The notes: a model not told the origin generated them from the letters alone. Shown: positions 1-8,980, counted from the stretch's first letter. The stretch: 64,000 nt of DNA from Candidatus Micrarchaeota archaeon (GCA_026396415.1 JAPLWX010000028.1:1922-65921), one strand, 5' to 3'. Numbers and translations are program-made.

Positions 1-1
1 A

Positions 2-433
2 TTCGACGGGGCGGACCAGGTGGACCCGAAATTCAACCTCATAAAGGGGCTTGGCGGCGCGCTGGTGCGCGAGAAGATAGTGGATTACCGCGCGCGGCGA
101 TTCTACGTTTTGGTTGGCGAGAACAAGCTCGTCAAGGCGCTTTCCGGCATCGTGCCGGTTGAGGTAATACCCATGTCCGAGGAGCACGTGAGGCGCGAGC
201 TTGTGGGCATGGGCGCATCATCCGCGCCCACGCGAGTCGACGGGGGCAGGAAGTTCGTGTCTGACAACGGGAATTTCATACTGCATGCGGACTTCAAAAA
301 AATACCAGACCCATCTGCGCTGGAAAAGGGCATCATGCCGCTTCCCGGCGTGGTGGACAACGGGATTTTCACCTCGAGGAATGTTGCGGTCATTGTGGGA
401 AAGCAGGACGGCACAAGCAAATTGCTGGAGTAA
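2..433 (+). CDS. rpiA: ribose-5-phosphate isomerase A, 5'-truncated by window edge
   Basis: Translation has RpiA-like GGALVREKIV and DNGNFILH blocks. The ORF is in frame from the window start. Confidence 0.7.
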   Translation, partial: FDGADQVDPKFNLIKGLGGALVREKIVDYRARRFYVLVGENKLVKALSGIVPVEVIPMSEEHVRRELVGMGASSAPTRVDGGRKFVSDNGNFILHADFKKIPDPSALEKGIMPLPGVVDNGIFTSRNVAVIVGKQDGTSKLLE

Positions 434-437
434 TCAA

Positions 438-941
438 ATGCTTATTCTGCCCGAGAAGATGCGCGAAGGCGTGAGAAAGCCGTTCGGCACTGTTTTTGGC
501 GGAAGCACCGCCATGGAGGCCGCCAGGTTGGCAGCGCGCCCGCTTATCAGCGTGGGGGACCAGTGCGCAACGGACCTCATTGACGCAGGCATCGCGCCTG
601 ACATACTGATTTTCGACTTCAAGATAAAACGAGAGGAAATATCCGTTGGGATGAAGAAAAAGCTCGCCTTGCACGCCAAAAGCGCGTTTGTTGTGCTCTC
701 GGGCGCGGGCATGATATCCGACGAGCTTGAAATTGCCGTCCTGCGCGTGCTGGAGAACGGGAAAGGCGCGGTGATGGTGGCTGGCGAGGATGACCTGTCC
801 TCGCTTCTTGTGATGGCGCACGCAAAGCAGGGCACGCTTGTCTACGGCCAGCCCAACGAGGGCGCGGTCGTGGTGCCGCTTGGCGGGAAGGAAATAATGG
901 AGAAGGCGCGCGCCTTGCTTGGCAGGATGGAGAAAAAGTGA
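438..941 (+). CDS. DUF359/COG1909 protein, probable archaeal GTP-dependent dephospho-CoA kinase
   Basis: 168 aa with a VGD..ATDLIDAGI..DILIFDFKIKREE block typical of DUF359. Internal ATG taken as start, directly after the rpiA stop. Confidence 0.5.
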   Translation: MLILPEKMREGVRKPFGTVFGGSTAMEAARLAARPLISVGDQCATDLIDAGIAPDILIFDFKIKREEISVGMKKKLALHAKSAFVVLSGAGMISDELEIAVLRVLENGKGAVMVAGEDDLSSLLVMAHAKQGTLVYGQPNEGAVVVPLGGKEIMEKARALLGRMEKK

Positions 942-1022
942 CACAGCCCCGTGCAGGGGGGCTTTGGCGGGCTTGTGATGGCGCAGGCGTAAGCTTGAGG
1001 CGCCCTATCAATTGCCCCGTCC

Positions 1023-1571
1023 TTATTTTTTGACAGGTATTGTATCAAGGGAGAATGGTTTTTCGACGAACTGCGCATTCACATAGGCGATGGTGCGCAT
1101 CCCGTAGCCCAGGGACATTGCGACTATATCCTGCTTAGCCATATGGGCATCATTATCAACTGTAGAAAGAAAGCCAGATTCGCGTTTTTTGCCGTCGATG
1201 TTCGTTTGCAGGTCCTGGAAAGCGGTATTAACCTCGTTTACGCGGTCGAGCCAAAATTGCTTGTTCTTGGGACCCTTTTCCATGGCTAGCCCCCAGAAAG
1301 AATCGAAGACGACTTTCCGAAACTGATTGTACATTCCATACCCCATAGGGTCCCTCTTTTTATCTGCGGCTGTGGGCTCCCAGTGTATATTCGCATCAAG
1401 TTCCTTCATTTCCTTGGCAAATAGCTCAACGATGAGTTTCGCAAAGCCCACATTAGCTTTTTTACCCTCTTGCGCCTGCATCTGCTCTTTCGCTTTGTTT
1501 ATTTCCTTATATGCTGCTTCAATCCCTTTCGTTTTCCAAGCCTGTGTCTGCAAGACAAACATCGATACCAC
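1023..1571 (-). CDS. hypothetical protein (182 aa, Lys/Glu-rich)
   Basis: Clean ORF with an AT-rich TATA-like box (tttattataaaaa) upstream on its strand. No recognisable domain. Confidence 0.45.
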   Translation of the reverse strand: MVSMFVLQTQAWKTKGIEAAYKEINKAKEQMQAQEGKKANVGFAKLIVELFAKEMKELDANIHWEPTAADKKRDPMGYGMYNQFRKVVFDSFWGLAMEKGPKNKQFWLDRVNEVNTAFQDLQTNIDGKKRESGFLSTVDNDAHMAKQDIVAMSLGYGMRTIAYVNAQFVEKPFSLDTIPVKK

Positions 1572-1650
1572 CTTGTGTGAGAATATATGGCATCCAGTTT
1601 TTATAATAAATGGTCAAAACGCGGATTGCAGCGTGCCAGGCGCGCGGCGC

Positions 1651-4314
1651 TCAATACGACGTGGTGTCCGGCAGGAACCTCTTTTTCATTTCCTCGGCAA
1701 CAATCAGCACGGACGATGCGGCTGCGAGAAGCGCAAGGTCTCCCGCCGCGAGGGGCACGGTCTTGAAAACCTCCTCAAGGGGAGAGTAGTAGACGATGGC
1801 GAGCTGCAGCGCAACCGATACCGCGATGGCTGCGAGCAGGTAGGGGTTGCCGAAAAAGCGCGTGAATACGGAATGCTTGCCCGAGCGGCAGTTGAGCGAG
1901 TTTGCAAGCTGGAGGAAGACAAAAAGCGTGAACACCGCGGTGTACGACTTTTCCGGCGCAAACGACTGGTAGTAGGAGAATGCTGTGAATGCTATTGCCG
2001 CCATCAGGGCTCCCAGGAATAGGATGGATGTGATGAGGTTTTTGCCCAGGAACCTCTCCTTGGGGCTGCGGGGGGGGATGTCCATCTCGGTGTGCTTGGG
2101 GGGCTCGGCGCCAAGCGCGAGCGCGGGCGGGCCGTCCACCATGATGTTTATCCAGAGTATCTGGAGGGGAAAAAGGGGGATTGGAAGCCCGAGCGCAGGG
2201 GTGCCGAACATGAGGAGGAGCGCCGCCACGTTCGTGGAAATCTGGTAGCGCACAAATGACTTTATGTTGTTGAAAGTCGTCCTGCCATAGCGCACCGCAT
2301 GCATTATCGAGACAAAATTGTCGTCGGTAAGCACGATGTCGGACACTTCCTTTGTGACATCGGTGCCCGATATCCCCATCGCGATGCCTATGTCCGCCTT
2401 GCGGATGGCGGGCGCATCGTTCACCCCGTCCCCCGTGACCGCCACCACTTCGCCGCATTTCATGAACGCTGCCACTATCCTGTACTTCTGCTCGGGCGTC
2501 ACGCGGGCGAACACGGTGGAGGAATAAATCGCGCGGCGAAGCTCCTCATCCGACATTCCCTCGAGCTCGGCGCTGTCGTATGCCTTTTGCCCGGGAGAGA
2601 AAAGCCCGACCTTGGAGGCGATTGTGCATGCAGTGGGAAGCGAATCCCCGGTGAGCATCACCACCCGTATGCCCGCCGACTTGCAAAGGCCGATTGCGTG
2701 GGGCACCTCAAGGCGCGGCGGGTCCTCCATTGCCACGAGCCCGACAAGCACCAAGCCGCGCTCGGTATTCTGGGGCGTGTACTTTTCCTTCTTCCCCACA
2801 ATCCGGCAGGCAAGCGCAAGCGTGCGCATGCCGTCGTTGCCCATGGACTGCGCCTCGTCGGCCATTTTCCTGCGCCATTTGGGGGAGAAAGCCGCCTCGC
2901 CGCCCCTGAGCATGATCTTTTTGCAGTGCCGGAAGATTTGCTCCGGCGCTCCCTTCACGAACGCCATCCTTTTGTTGCCGTACAGGCGCACCGAGCTCAT
3001 CATCTTGCGGTCCGAGTCGAACGGGATTTCAGCCACCTGCCCGTGGGACGACCTTGCAGGCCGCTCGCCCCCGCAGCATGAAAACACCGCTGCAAGGAGC
3101 GCTGTTTCGGTGGGGTCGCCAGACAGCGCCTCCCCCCCGTTTTCCTCCAGGATGACTGCGTTGTTGCAAAGGGACATGACCTCGACTGCACGGCGGAAAA
3201 CAAGGTCGTTCTCGAACGTGGAGCGGGGAATGGAGCCGCTGCCTATGCCGTATGCCTTTTCGGCAAGCACGATTTCCTGCACTGCCATCCTGTTCTGCGT
3301 TATCGTGCCTGTCTTGTCGGTGCAGATGACGGTTGCAGAGCCCAAGGTCTCGACCGAGGCCATCTTGCGCACTATGGCGTTTTTCCGCGCCATCTTCTGG
3401 ACGCCGATGGCGAGCGTGATTGCAAGCACCGTGGGAAGCCCTTCGGGAATCACAGCCACTGCGAGCGTGACTGCCACCACGAACATGGACATGGCCGTCT
3501 CGCCGCGCCAAACGCCGATGGCAAAGAACAGCGCCGCAAGCGCGATGCCGGCATAGCCCAAATTTTTCGAAAGCCCGGACAGGTTCCTCTGGAGCACGGT
3601 CTCCTTGTCCTCGGCCTGCCCCACAAAACCCACGATTTTGCCGAACTCCGTGCGCATCCCGGTCTCCACCACTATGCCGCGGCAATGCCCGCGCACTATG
3701 ACGGTGCCTGAGAAAAGGAGATTTTTCCTCTCTGAAAGCACGGTGGCCTGCAAAAGGGCGCAAGGCTCCTTGGCGCTTGGCCGCGACTCGCCCGTGAGCA
3801 TGGACTGGTCGCATGCAAGGTTGGCGGACTCGAGGATTCGGATGTCCGCAGGCACGCGGCTGCCTTCCTCAAGCACCACCACGTCGCCGGGCACAAGCAA
3901 AGTCGACTCTATCAGCACGTCCTTTCCGGCGCGCACCGCCACGCACTTCTGCACCACCATGCGCTTGAGCGCCTCCATTGCCTTCTCAGCCTTATATTCC
4001 TGGAAAAAACCGAAGAACACCGCAAGCAGTATGGCGACCGTGATTGCCGTGCCATCGATGAGCTTCTTTGAGTCCACCGTCAGGCCAATCGCGAACGAGA
4101 TTGCCGCAGCGGCAATGAGCATGAGTATGGGAAGGGACTTGAACTGCTTCAGGAGCATGGCGTACCAGGGGTCGCGCTTCATGACGACCAGCTTGTTCTC
4201 CCCGGCTTGCCCAAGGCGTTCCCTTGCCTCGCCCTCATCCAATCCTGCATGCCCCGACCCCAGCTCGCGAAAGACAGCCTCAATCTGAAGGGAATGCCAT
4301 TTCTGCTGCTCCAT
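1651..4314 (-). CDS. P-type cation-transporting ATPase (P2/Ca2+-type)
   Basis: DKTGTIT phosphorylation motif, TGDGVNDAPA hinge motif and ten predicted TM segments. Start set at MEQQKWHSL, which fits the canonical P-type N-terminus. Confidence 0.9.
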   Translation of the reverse strand: MEQQKWHSLQIEAVFRELGSGHAGLDEGEARERLGQAGENKLVVMKRDPWYAMLLKQFKSLPILMLIAAAAISFAIGLTVDSKKLIDGTAITVAILLAVFFGFFQEYKAEKAMEALKRMVVQKCVAVRAGKDVLIESTLLVPGDVVVLEEGSRVPADIRILESANLACDQSMLTGESRPSAKEPCALLQATVLSERKNLLFSGTVIVRGHCRGIVVETGMRTEFGKIVGFVGQAEDKETVLQRNLSGLSKNLGYAGIALAALFFAIGVWRGETAMSMFVVAVTLAVAVIPEGLPTVLAITLAIGVQKMARKNAIVRKMASVETLGSATVICTDKTGTITQNRMAVQEIVLAEKAYGIGSGSIPRSTFENDLVFRRAVEVMSLCNNAVILEENGGEALSGDPTETALLAAVFSCCGGERPARSSHGQVAEIPFDSDRKMMSSVRLYGNKRMAFVKGAPEQIFRHCKKIMLRGGEAAFSPKWRRKMADEAQSMGNDGMRTLALACRIVGKKEKYTPQNTERGLVLVGLVAMEDPPRLEVPHAIGLCKSAGIRVVMLTGDSLPTACTIASKVGLFSPGQKAYDSAELEGMSDEELRRAIYSSTVFARVTPEQKYRIVAAFMKCGEVVAVTGDGVNDAPAIRKADIGIAMGISGTDVTKEVSDIVLTDDNFVSIMHAVRYGRTTFNNIKSFVRYQISTNVAALLLMFGTPALGLPIPLFPLQILWINIMVDGPPALALGAEPPKHTEMDIPPRSPKERFLGKNLITSILFLGALMAAIAFTAFSYYQSFAPEKSYTAVFTLFVFLQLANSLNCRSGKHSVFTRFFGNPYLLAAIAVSVALQLAIVYYSPLEEVFKTVPLAAGDLALLAAASSVLIVAEEMKKRFLPDTTSY

Positions 4315-4329
4315 GGAAGGAGAAAGGCA

Positions 4330-4480
4330 AAATAGGATTAAAAGGAGCAGTGACGAACCTCGGCCTGAAGGTCGAGGCTTCTGGAACAGAAGGGGGAGCC
4401 ACGCGCCTCGGTGCTCCTCCACTGCCTGAAGGCAAGTGGCTCCCGCACCGAGGTTCGTCAGTGGCTGCGCCATCACCGAT
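4330..4480 (-). promoter_or_regulatory. highly structured 5' leader of the P-type ATPase gene (nested inverted repeats)
   Basis: Outer stem of 13 bp (cagtgacgaacctcgg / ccgaggttcgtca), an inner 9-bp stem (gggagccac / gtggctccc) and three further small hairpins. TATA box (tatataaa) near 4515. Confidence 0.35.
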
Positions 4481-4555
4481 ACATGTTTGCCCGTGTGAAA
4501 AAACTATATAAATGGGGGCGGGCATAACACGCCATGGACATGGGAAGGTGAGAGG

Positions 4556-4972
4556 ATGGACGATAAGCCGGACTACAATGCCCTGATGAGGGATGACCTT
4601 TCTCCCGCAGACTGCACGGGAGGAAAAAAGAGGGCCTGGTCGCCAGGATGGACAAATGCGTTTGTAAAAGATTACCTGGGAAACTCGCCAATTGAAGCGC
4701 TGCCGCCGCTTCTTGAGACGATACGAAGGGAAAGGAAAGTGGAGCACAGGGGCTGTGAAATCACGTTTACGCGCAGTGCCAGGAAGGCGGCAGGGCTCAT
4801 CGGCGATTTTGCAGGCAGGGAAAAACGGCTGCCAAGCCTTGATGAGCTGGAAAGCTTTGCAAACGAAGCTGCAGCAAAAAACAGGATGCTGCGGTGCCGG
4901 AGGTTCAGAAGCGCGCTTGGCATTTCCCTGCCAAAACTGAAGCGGCAGGCGGCCGCAATCAAAAATCCGTGA
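4556..4972 (+). CDS. hypothetical protein (138 aa)
   Basis: ORF lies about 35 nt downstream of the tatataaa box. No domain recognised. Confidence 0.3.
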   Translation: MDDKPDYNALMRDDLSPADCTGGKKRAWSPGWTNAFVKDYLGNSPIEALPPLLETIRRERKVEHRGCEITFTRSARKAAGLIGDFAGREKRLPSLDELESFANEAAAKNRMLRCRRFRSALGISLPKLKRQAAAIKNP

Positions 4973-6527
4973 TTTTTTTCTGCTCCTCCTCCGCCTTCCT
5001 TTTTTTCTTTCCCTTATCGGCGCCTGAAGCGGCATTCGGCGACGGCAAGCCGGCATCACGAGCAGGCGCCTGCACTGAGGAATGCGCGAACTGCCTCTTC
5101 ATCCTCCCCACTATTTTTTTCATGTTCTCCTCCTTCTTCCTTGAAGAGTGCAAATGCCCCTCGTCGCGCGTGCCGACTGCCACCAGCACCACCACCTTCC
5201 CTGCGCGCAGCCTTCCTGCCCTGCCGCGCCGCTGTATCGAGCGGATTTCCGAAGGTATCGGCTCGAAGAAGACCACGGTGTCCACCGAAGGGATGTCAAG
5301 CCCTTCCTCGCCGATGGAGGTGGCTGCCATCACCGAGAATTCCCCGCGCGCGAACCTTTCTATCGTCCTTCGCTGCTCCTCCGCGGTGACGCCTTCCTTC
5401 TTGCCCACGAAGCGCTCCGCTGAAAACCCCTTGGCGCGGAGATACTCGACAATCGCCTTCACGGAGTCGCGGTATTGCGCAAACACCAGGGTTTTCTCGT
5501 TTGCAGCGGAGGGGGCGGAAAGGAGCTCGGCCAGTTTCTCCAGCTTGGGGTGCGCCTCGGCAGCCTCGCAAATCCTCACCGCCTCGGCAAAGCGCCTGTC
5601 GGCGAATATCCTGTGCCTTGCCTTGGTGTCCGGTCGCGCCTCCATCTTTTTCACATAGGAAAGGAAAGGCGCTGGGCCCTGCGTCTCGATGAGCTCCAGC
5701 ATGTGGCTTATGTTGAAGACCGAGGCATAGAAGGAAAGGGCGGTGTAGCGGCTTTTCTCGTTCATGCGCAGGATTTTTGCGCGAAGCTCGACGAGTGCCC
5801 GCTTGGAGCGGAAAGGCACATGCATGCCGAACGCGGACAGGCGCTCCGCAAGCTCGTGGAGCATCTCCTCGAGAAGGAGGCGCGCTGCGGTGAAGCTTTT
5901 TCCCAAAGGAACATGGATGTACGTGACATCGAGGGGCATCATGTAGGGCAGGACATCCGCGTCCTCCGCGGTGCGTATTTCTATGTTTTTTATGCCCAGC
6001 ACCCGCACTATCTCCTCAATCCTTGCCTTGTTGCCGCCCGGCGATGCAGTAAGCCCAAGAACCAGCGCGCCGGCTTTTGCGCATTCCGATGAGACGTATG
6101 TGTAGGCGTAACTCCCGACCGCGCGGTGCGCCTCGTCCACCACGCAGAGGGATATGCCGGCATCCGCCCTGCCTTTTTTCAGGTCGTTCTGGAGCGTCTG
6201 GGGGGTGGAGAAGCACGCTTTCCTCCTCCACATCTCCTCGCGCTTTTTCGGGGGGATTTCGCCGGTGATAAGCGCGGTGTCCTCCTCCGGGAAATTTGTC
6301 ATCTCCAAAAATGTCCTGTGGTGCTGGCGCACCAGGGGCTTGGTGGGGGCGAGGAAGACCGCACGCCCTTCCTGCAGCCTGCCTTCCATCACGAGGAATG
6401 CCACGAGGGTCTTTCCAAGCCCTGTGGGAAGCACCACTAAAGTGTTGCCGCGCGCAAGGGCCGAGGAGGCGATGGCGGACTGGTAGGCGCGGGGCACAAT
6501 GCCCTCGCGCAGGAATGATGGCGCCAT
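4959..6527 (-). CDS. Hef/FANCM-like DEAH-box helicase (helicase domain only)
   Basis: Motif I VLPTGLGKT, motif II VVDEAH, and motifs with C-terminal RecA-like domain signatures. 522 aa, so no ERCC4 nuclease domain. Lys-rich C-terminal tail. Confidence 0.75.
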   Translation of the reverse strand: MAPSFLREGIVPRAYQSAIASSALARGNTLVVLPTGLGKTLVAFLVMEGRLQEGRAVFLAPTKPLVRQHHRTFLEMTNFPEEDTALITGEIPPKKREEMWRRKACFSTPQTLQNDLKKGRADAGISLCVVDEAHRAVGSYAYTYVSSECAKAGALVLGLTASPGGNKARIEEIVRVLGIKNIEIRTAEDADVLPYMMPLDVTYIHVPLGKSFTAARLLLEEMLHELAERLSAFGMHVPFRSKRALVELRAKILRMNEKSRYTALSFYASVFNISHMLELIETQGPAPFLSYVKKMEARPDTKARHRIFADRRFAEAVRICEAAEAHPKLEKLAELLSAPSAANEKTLVFAQYRDSVKAIVEYLRAKGFSAERFVGKKEGVTAEEQRRTIERFARGEFSVMAATSIGEEGLDIPSVDTVVFFEPIPSEIRSIQRRGRAGRLRAGKVVVLVAVGTRDEGHLHSSRKKEENMKKIVGRMKRQFAHSSVQAPARDAGLPSPNAASGADKGKKKRKAEEEQKKITDF

Positions 6528-6659
6528 GGCAGGAAAATGGGGCGCAGGGTTTATTTACTTGAGGGGAGCAGTATGCCAGTGGCAGGCGGGCGCAATGCCC
6601 GCAAGGAAAAGCAGTGATGCACCGGCATGCTGTGCCGCCCTGCATCGATTGGTGATTGC

Positions 6660-6857
6660 ATGATACTTCCCAAAGCGCCTGTGGAAAAGCTGATTCGCGA
6701 GGCAGGCGCGCGCAGGGTGAGCGACGGCGCGGCTGTGGAGCTTGCCGAGGCGCTTGAGAAAATCGGCACTGACATTTCGGTGCGCGCGCTTAGGCTTGCA
6801 AAGCACGCTGGAAGGAAGACGGTCACTGCTGCGGACATCAAGCTGGCAAAGCCATAA
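6660..6857 (+). CDS. archaeal histone (HMf family)
   Basis: 66 aa. [48 protein letters not shown] matches the archaeal histone fold almost residue by residue. Confidence 0.85.
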   Translation: MILPKAPVEKLIREAGARRVSDGAAVELAEALEKIGTDISVRALRLAKHAGRKTVTAADIKLAKP

Positions 6858-6889
6858 CTTTCTTTTGACGCCCAACAAAGCGCGCCCTC

Positions 6890-6990
6890 TCGAAACAAAA
6901 GGCGAACAAAAACCGATGGAGAAAATCGAAGATTTTCGACAGATTTTGTTCGGAGCGCCGAACAAAAACCGAACTATTTATATTGACAAT
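6890..6990 (+). promoter_or_regulatory. operator-like repeats and TATA box upstream of 7007 gene
   Basis: Three copies of CGAACAAAA(ACCGA), one inverted copy TTTTGTTCG and the palindrome GAAAATCgaaGATTTTC. A tttatat box about 25 nt before the ATG. Confidence 0.4.
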
Positions 6991-7006
6991 TTCCGCAGGT
7001 TAAACC

Positions 7007-7819
7007 ATGAAAAAACCATTATCGCTTGTGCTGCTGCTCATGCTCGCGCTTCCGCTTGCCTACGCCACAAGTTCTGCCTCGTTTTCCACAGGCTCGGCAA
7101 GCCTGCCTGAAAATATCGAGATGAGCGGGCATTTTGGCAACTACACCCTTGTTGCATTTTCATCGGATGGCAAGGTGGCTGTTTCTGTTATTGGAGCGGA
7201 TGGGGGCCAAGCAGCGCTTGCCTCGGAAATCAATTGGCTGGTGCAAAACGAGAGGCTGCACACCACCTGCGACATTGGCGCAATGCCAACGCCAGCCAAA
7301 GGGCAGGAAGCATATTGCAATGCTGCCGGGGCTTGGGAAGGGGAGAGCGTAACAGTGCCAGCTCCGGCGCCTTCGCAGGACACCTGGGGAGGGAGGTCTG
7401 AGATGGCGATAGCCGGCGCGCCGACCGGCAAATCCTTGGAAGCCCCTTTGGCGCCAGCCGCTGCGCAGCAGGAGATTGGCACCGAGCAGGTACTGCAGCT
7501 GCTTGGCGCCTTCCTTGCCGTGCTTGTGGCATCATACCTGATATTGCAAAGCAGGCACGAGCCCATGCTTGACGCCGCTGCTGAAAAGCTCCTGGACAAC
7601 CCCACGCGCGCAGGCATAATGGAAGAGTTGTCCTCTGCAGACAAGATACCCACGGATATTTCCGCCAAGCTTGGCAAAAGCAAGGCATCGGTGGTTGAGC
7701 ATCTTGCAGCGCTGTCAGAGGCAGGGCTTGTGGAGCGCATTGCTCAGCCTGGCAAGAAGTTTGTCTTCTACAAGCTCACGCAGAAAGGCAGGCAGATGCT
7801 GCTGAGAAGGGCGGGCTGA
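7007..7819 (+). CDS. membrane-anchored protein with C-terminal winged-helix (ArsR/TrmB-like) DNA-binding domain
   Basis: N-terminal signal or TM segment, Ala-rich extracytoplasmic region, a second TM (LLGAFLAVLVASYLIL), then a wHTH (IMEELSSADKIPTDISAKLGKSKASVVEHLAALSEAGLVERI). Confidence 0.55.
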   Translation: MKKPLSLVLLLMLALPLAYATSSASFSTGSASLPENIEMSGHFGNYTLVAFSSDGKVAVSVIGADGGQAALASEINWLVQNERLHTTCDIGAMPTPAKGQEAYCNAAGAWEGESVTVPAPAPSQDTWGGRSEMAIAGAPTGKSLEAPLAPAAAQQEIGTEQVLQLLGAFLAVLVASYLILQSRHEPMLDAAAEKLLDNPTRAGIMEELSSADKIPTDISAKLGKSKASVVEHLAALSEAGLVERIAQPGKKFVFYKLTQKGRQMLLRRAG

Positions 7820-7829
7820 GGCGAGGCGC

Positions 7830-8066
7830 ATGGAAAACCTATCAATTTCGGTTGTCGTTTTTCCAGAAGGCAGAGGCTTCACTTCATGGTGTCCTAAGCT
7901 GGATGTCGCGTCGCAAGGCAAGACAATTCGCAATGCTCTTGATAACCTGAAAGAGGCGCTTGAGCTGCACCTTGAAAGCATGGGTGAAAAGGAGCTTGTA
8001 AAGCTTAGGGGAAAGCACTCGGAAGGGATATACACCACGACAATAAATATTCCTTTGCCATCCTGA
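7830..8066 (+). CDS. HicB-family (UPF0150) antitoxin-like protein
   Basis: 78 aa. The FPEGRGFTSWCPKLDVASQGKTIRNALDNLKEALELHLE pattern is typical of HicB. Confidence 0.55.
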   Translation: MENLSISVVVFPEGRGFTSWCPKLDVASQGKTIRNALDNLKEALELHLESMGEKELVKLRGKHSEGIYTTTINIPLPS

Positions 8067-8070
8067 TTTT

Positions 8071-8167
8071 TATAGCAAACCACGAAAGTAATTCGACAAA
8101 CCTGCATCTGTTTTCAGACGTGGTTTGCTAGGTAGCAGAGCCGAAAAACTTTGAGGCTCTGCCATAG
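8071..8167. mobile_element. MITE-like element copy 1 (TIR ctatagca...tgctatag)
   Basis: Contains tatagcaaaccacg...cgtggtttgcta and tagcagagccgaa...ctcggctctgccatag hairpins. Second copy at 37825-37975. Confidence 0.5.
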
Positions 8168-8980
8168 TTACCTATTCTTTCTTCTCCTGCGCTTCGCTTC
8201 CCTTATCACTGCGTGCGCTGCGCGGTGGAAATTTTCCCTCACTTTTGCTTCCCTCAATATGCGCAAGCCGTGCATGGTAATCCCTTTTTGGGTGGAAACC
8301 ATGCCCTCAATCTCAAGCGGGCGGATGCCCTTTTCCAGGACAAGCGCGCCTGCGCCTTCAGCCGCCTTTGCAGACAGTGCCAGCGCCTGAGAGTATGCCA
8401 GGCCGTGCCTTTCCCCCGCCTTTGCCATTCCCTCGATTGCCGCGAGGAAAAACGCCACGCCTGAGCTGTGGAGGAATGCGGTGTCCATGTCGCTCTCCTT
8501 TTTTGCCCGCATGAGAAGCCCGGTAGGCGCCAGCAGCGCCTCGATTTCATTGGCATCCATGTGCGACTCGGCAAAATACATCGTGGCGCCCTTGCCTATC
8601 TGCACCGCCAGGTTGGGCATGATAAGCGCCACGCGGCAGCTTCTCGGCACGCGCTTTTTGAAGTATGAAAGGGGAAGCCCGGCAACAACTGAGATTATGA
8701 GGGTTTCGCCAAGCTCTTTTCGTATTTCCTCCAGAAGCGCGGCAGTCGCGTCCGGCTTGACCGCGATTATGATGGCGTCCGCGCCCTCCACGGCCTCTTT
8801 CGCGGTTTTTGCCACGCCCGCGCCTGTCTTTCGCGCAAGCGCGGCCGCCTTTGCGTGCGAATGGTCGCACAGCATGAGGCTTGCCCCTTTCCCGCGCGCA
8901 GTCGCCCCGGAGGGCCCGCGGGCGATGCCCATTGCCAGCGCGCTCCCCATCTTGCCAACGCCCAGTATGCATACTTTCAT
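8168..8980 (-). CDS. proC: pyrroline-5-carboxylate reductase
   Basis: N-terminal ILGVGKMG NADP-binding motif. Length (270 aa) and conserved ProC core blocks. Confidence 0.85.
   Translation of the reverse strand: MKVCILGVGKMGSALAMGIARGPSGATARGKGASLMLCDHSHAKAAALARKTGAGVAKTAKEAVEGADAIIIAVKPDATAALLEEIRKELGETLIISVVAGLPLSYFKKRVPRSCRVALIMPNLAVQIGKGATMYFAESHMDANEIEALLAPTGLLMRAKKESDMDTAFLHSSGVAFFLAAIEGMAKAGERHGLAYSQALALSAKAAEGAGALVLEKGIRPLEIEGMVSTQKGITMHGLRILREAKVRENFHRAAHAVIREAKRRRRKNR

Noticed and set aside
1704-3814. Multiple long ORFs (e.g. 1775-2458, 2299-3081, 2612-3556, 3029-3814) overlapping the P-type ATPase gene
   Set aside because: They are antisense or off-frame to a well-supported ATPase CDS. 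Their translations are Arg/Pro/Ala/His-rich low-complexity sequence typical of high-GC spurious ORFs.
4315-4476. In-frame N-terminal extension of the ATPase ORF (MMAQPL...)
   Set aside because: The extension does not resemble P-type ATPase N-termini, while MEQQKWHSL..GLDEGEARERL does. The region is better explained as a structured leader.
7700-8200. Search for a HicA toxin partner of HicB
   Set aside because: No ~60-aa ORF with dsRBD-like features is seen on either side. The flank is occupied by the MITE and the proC 3' end.
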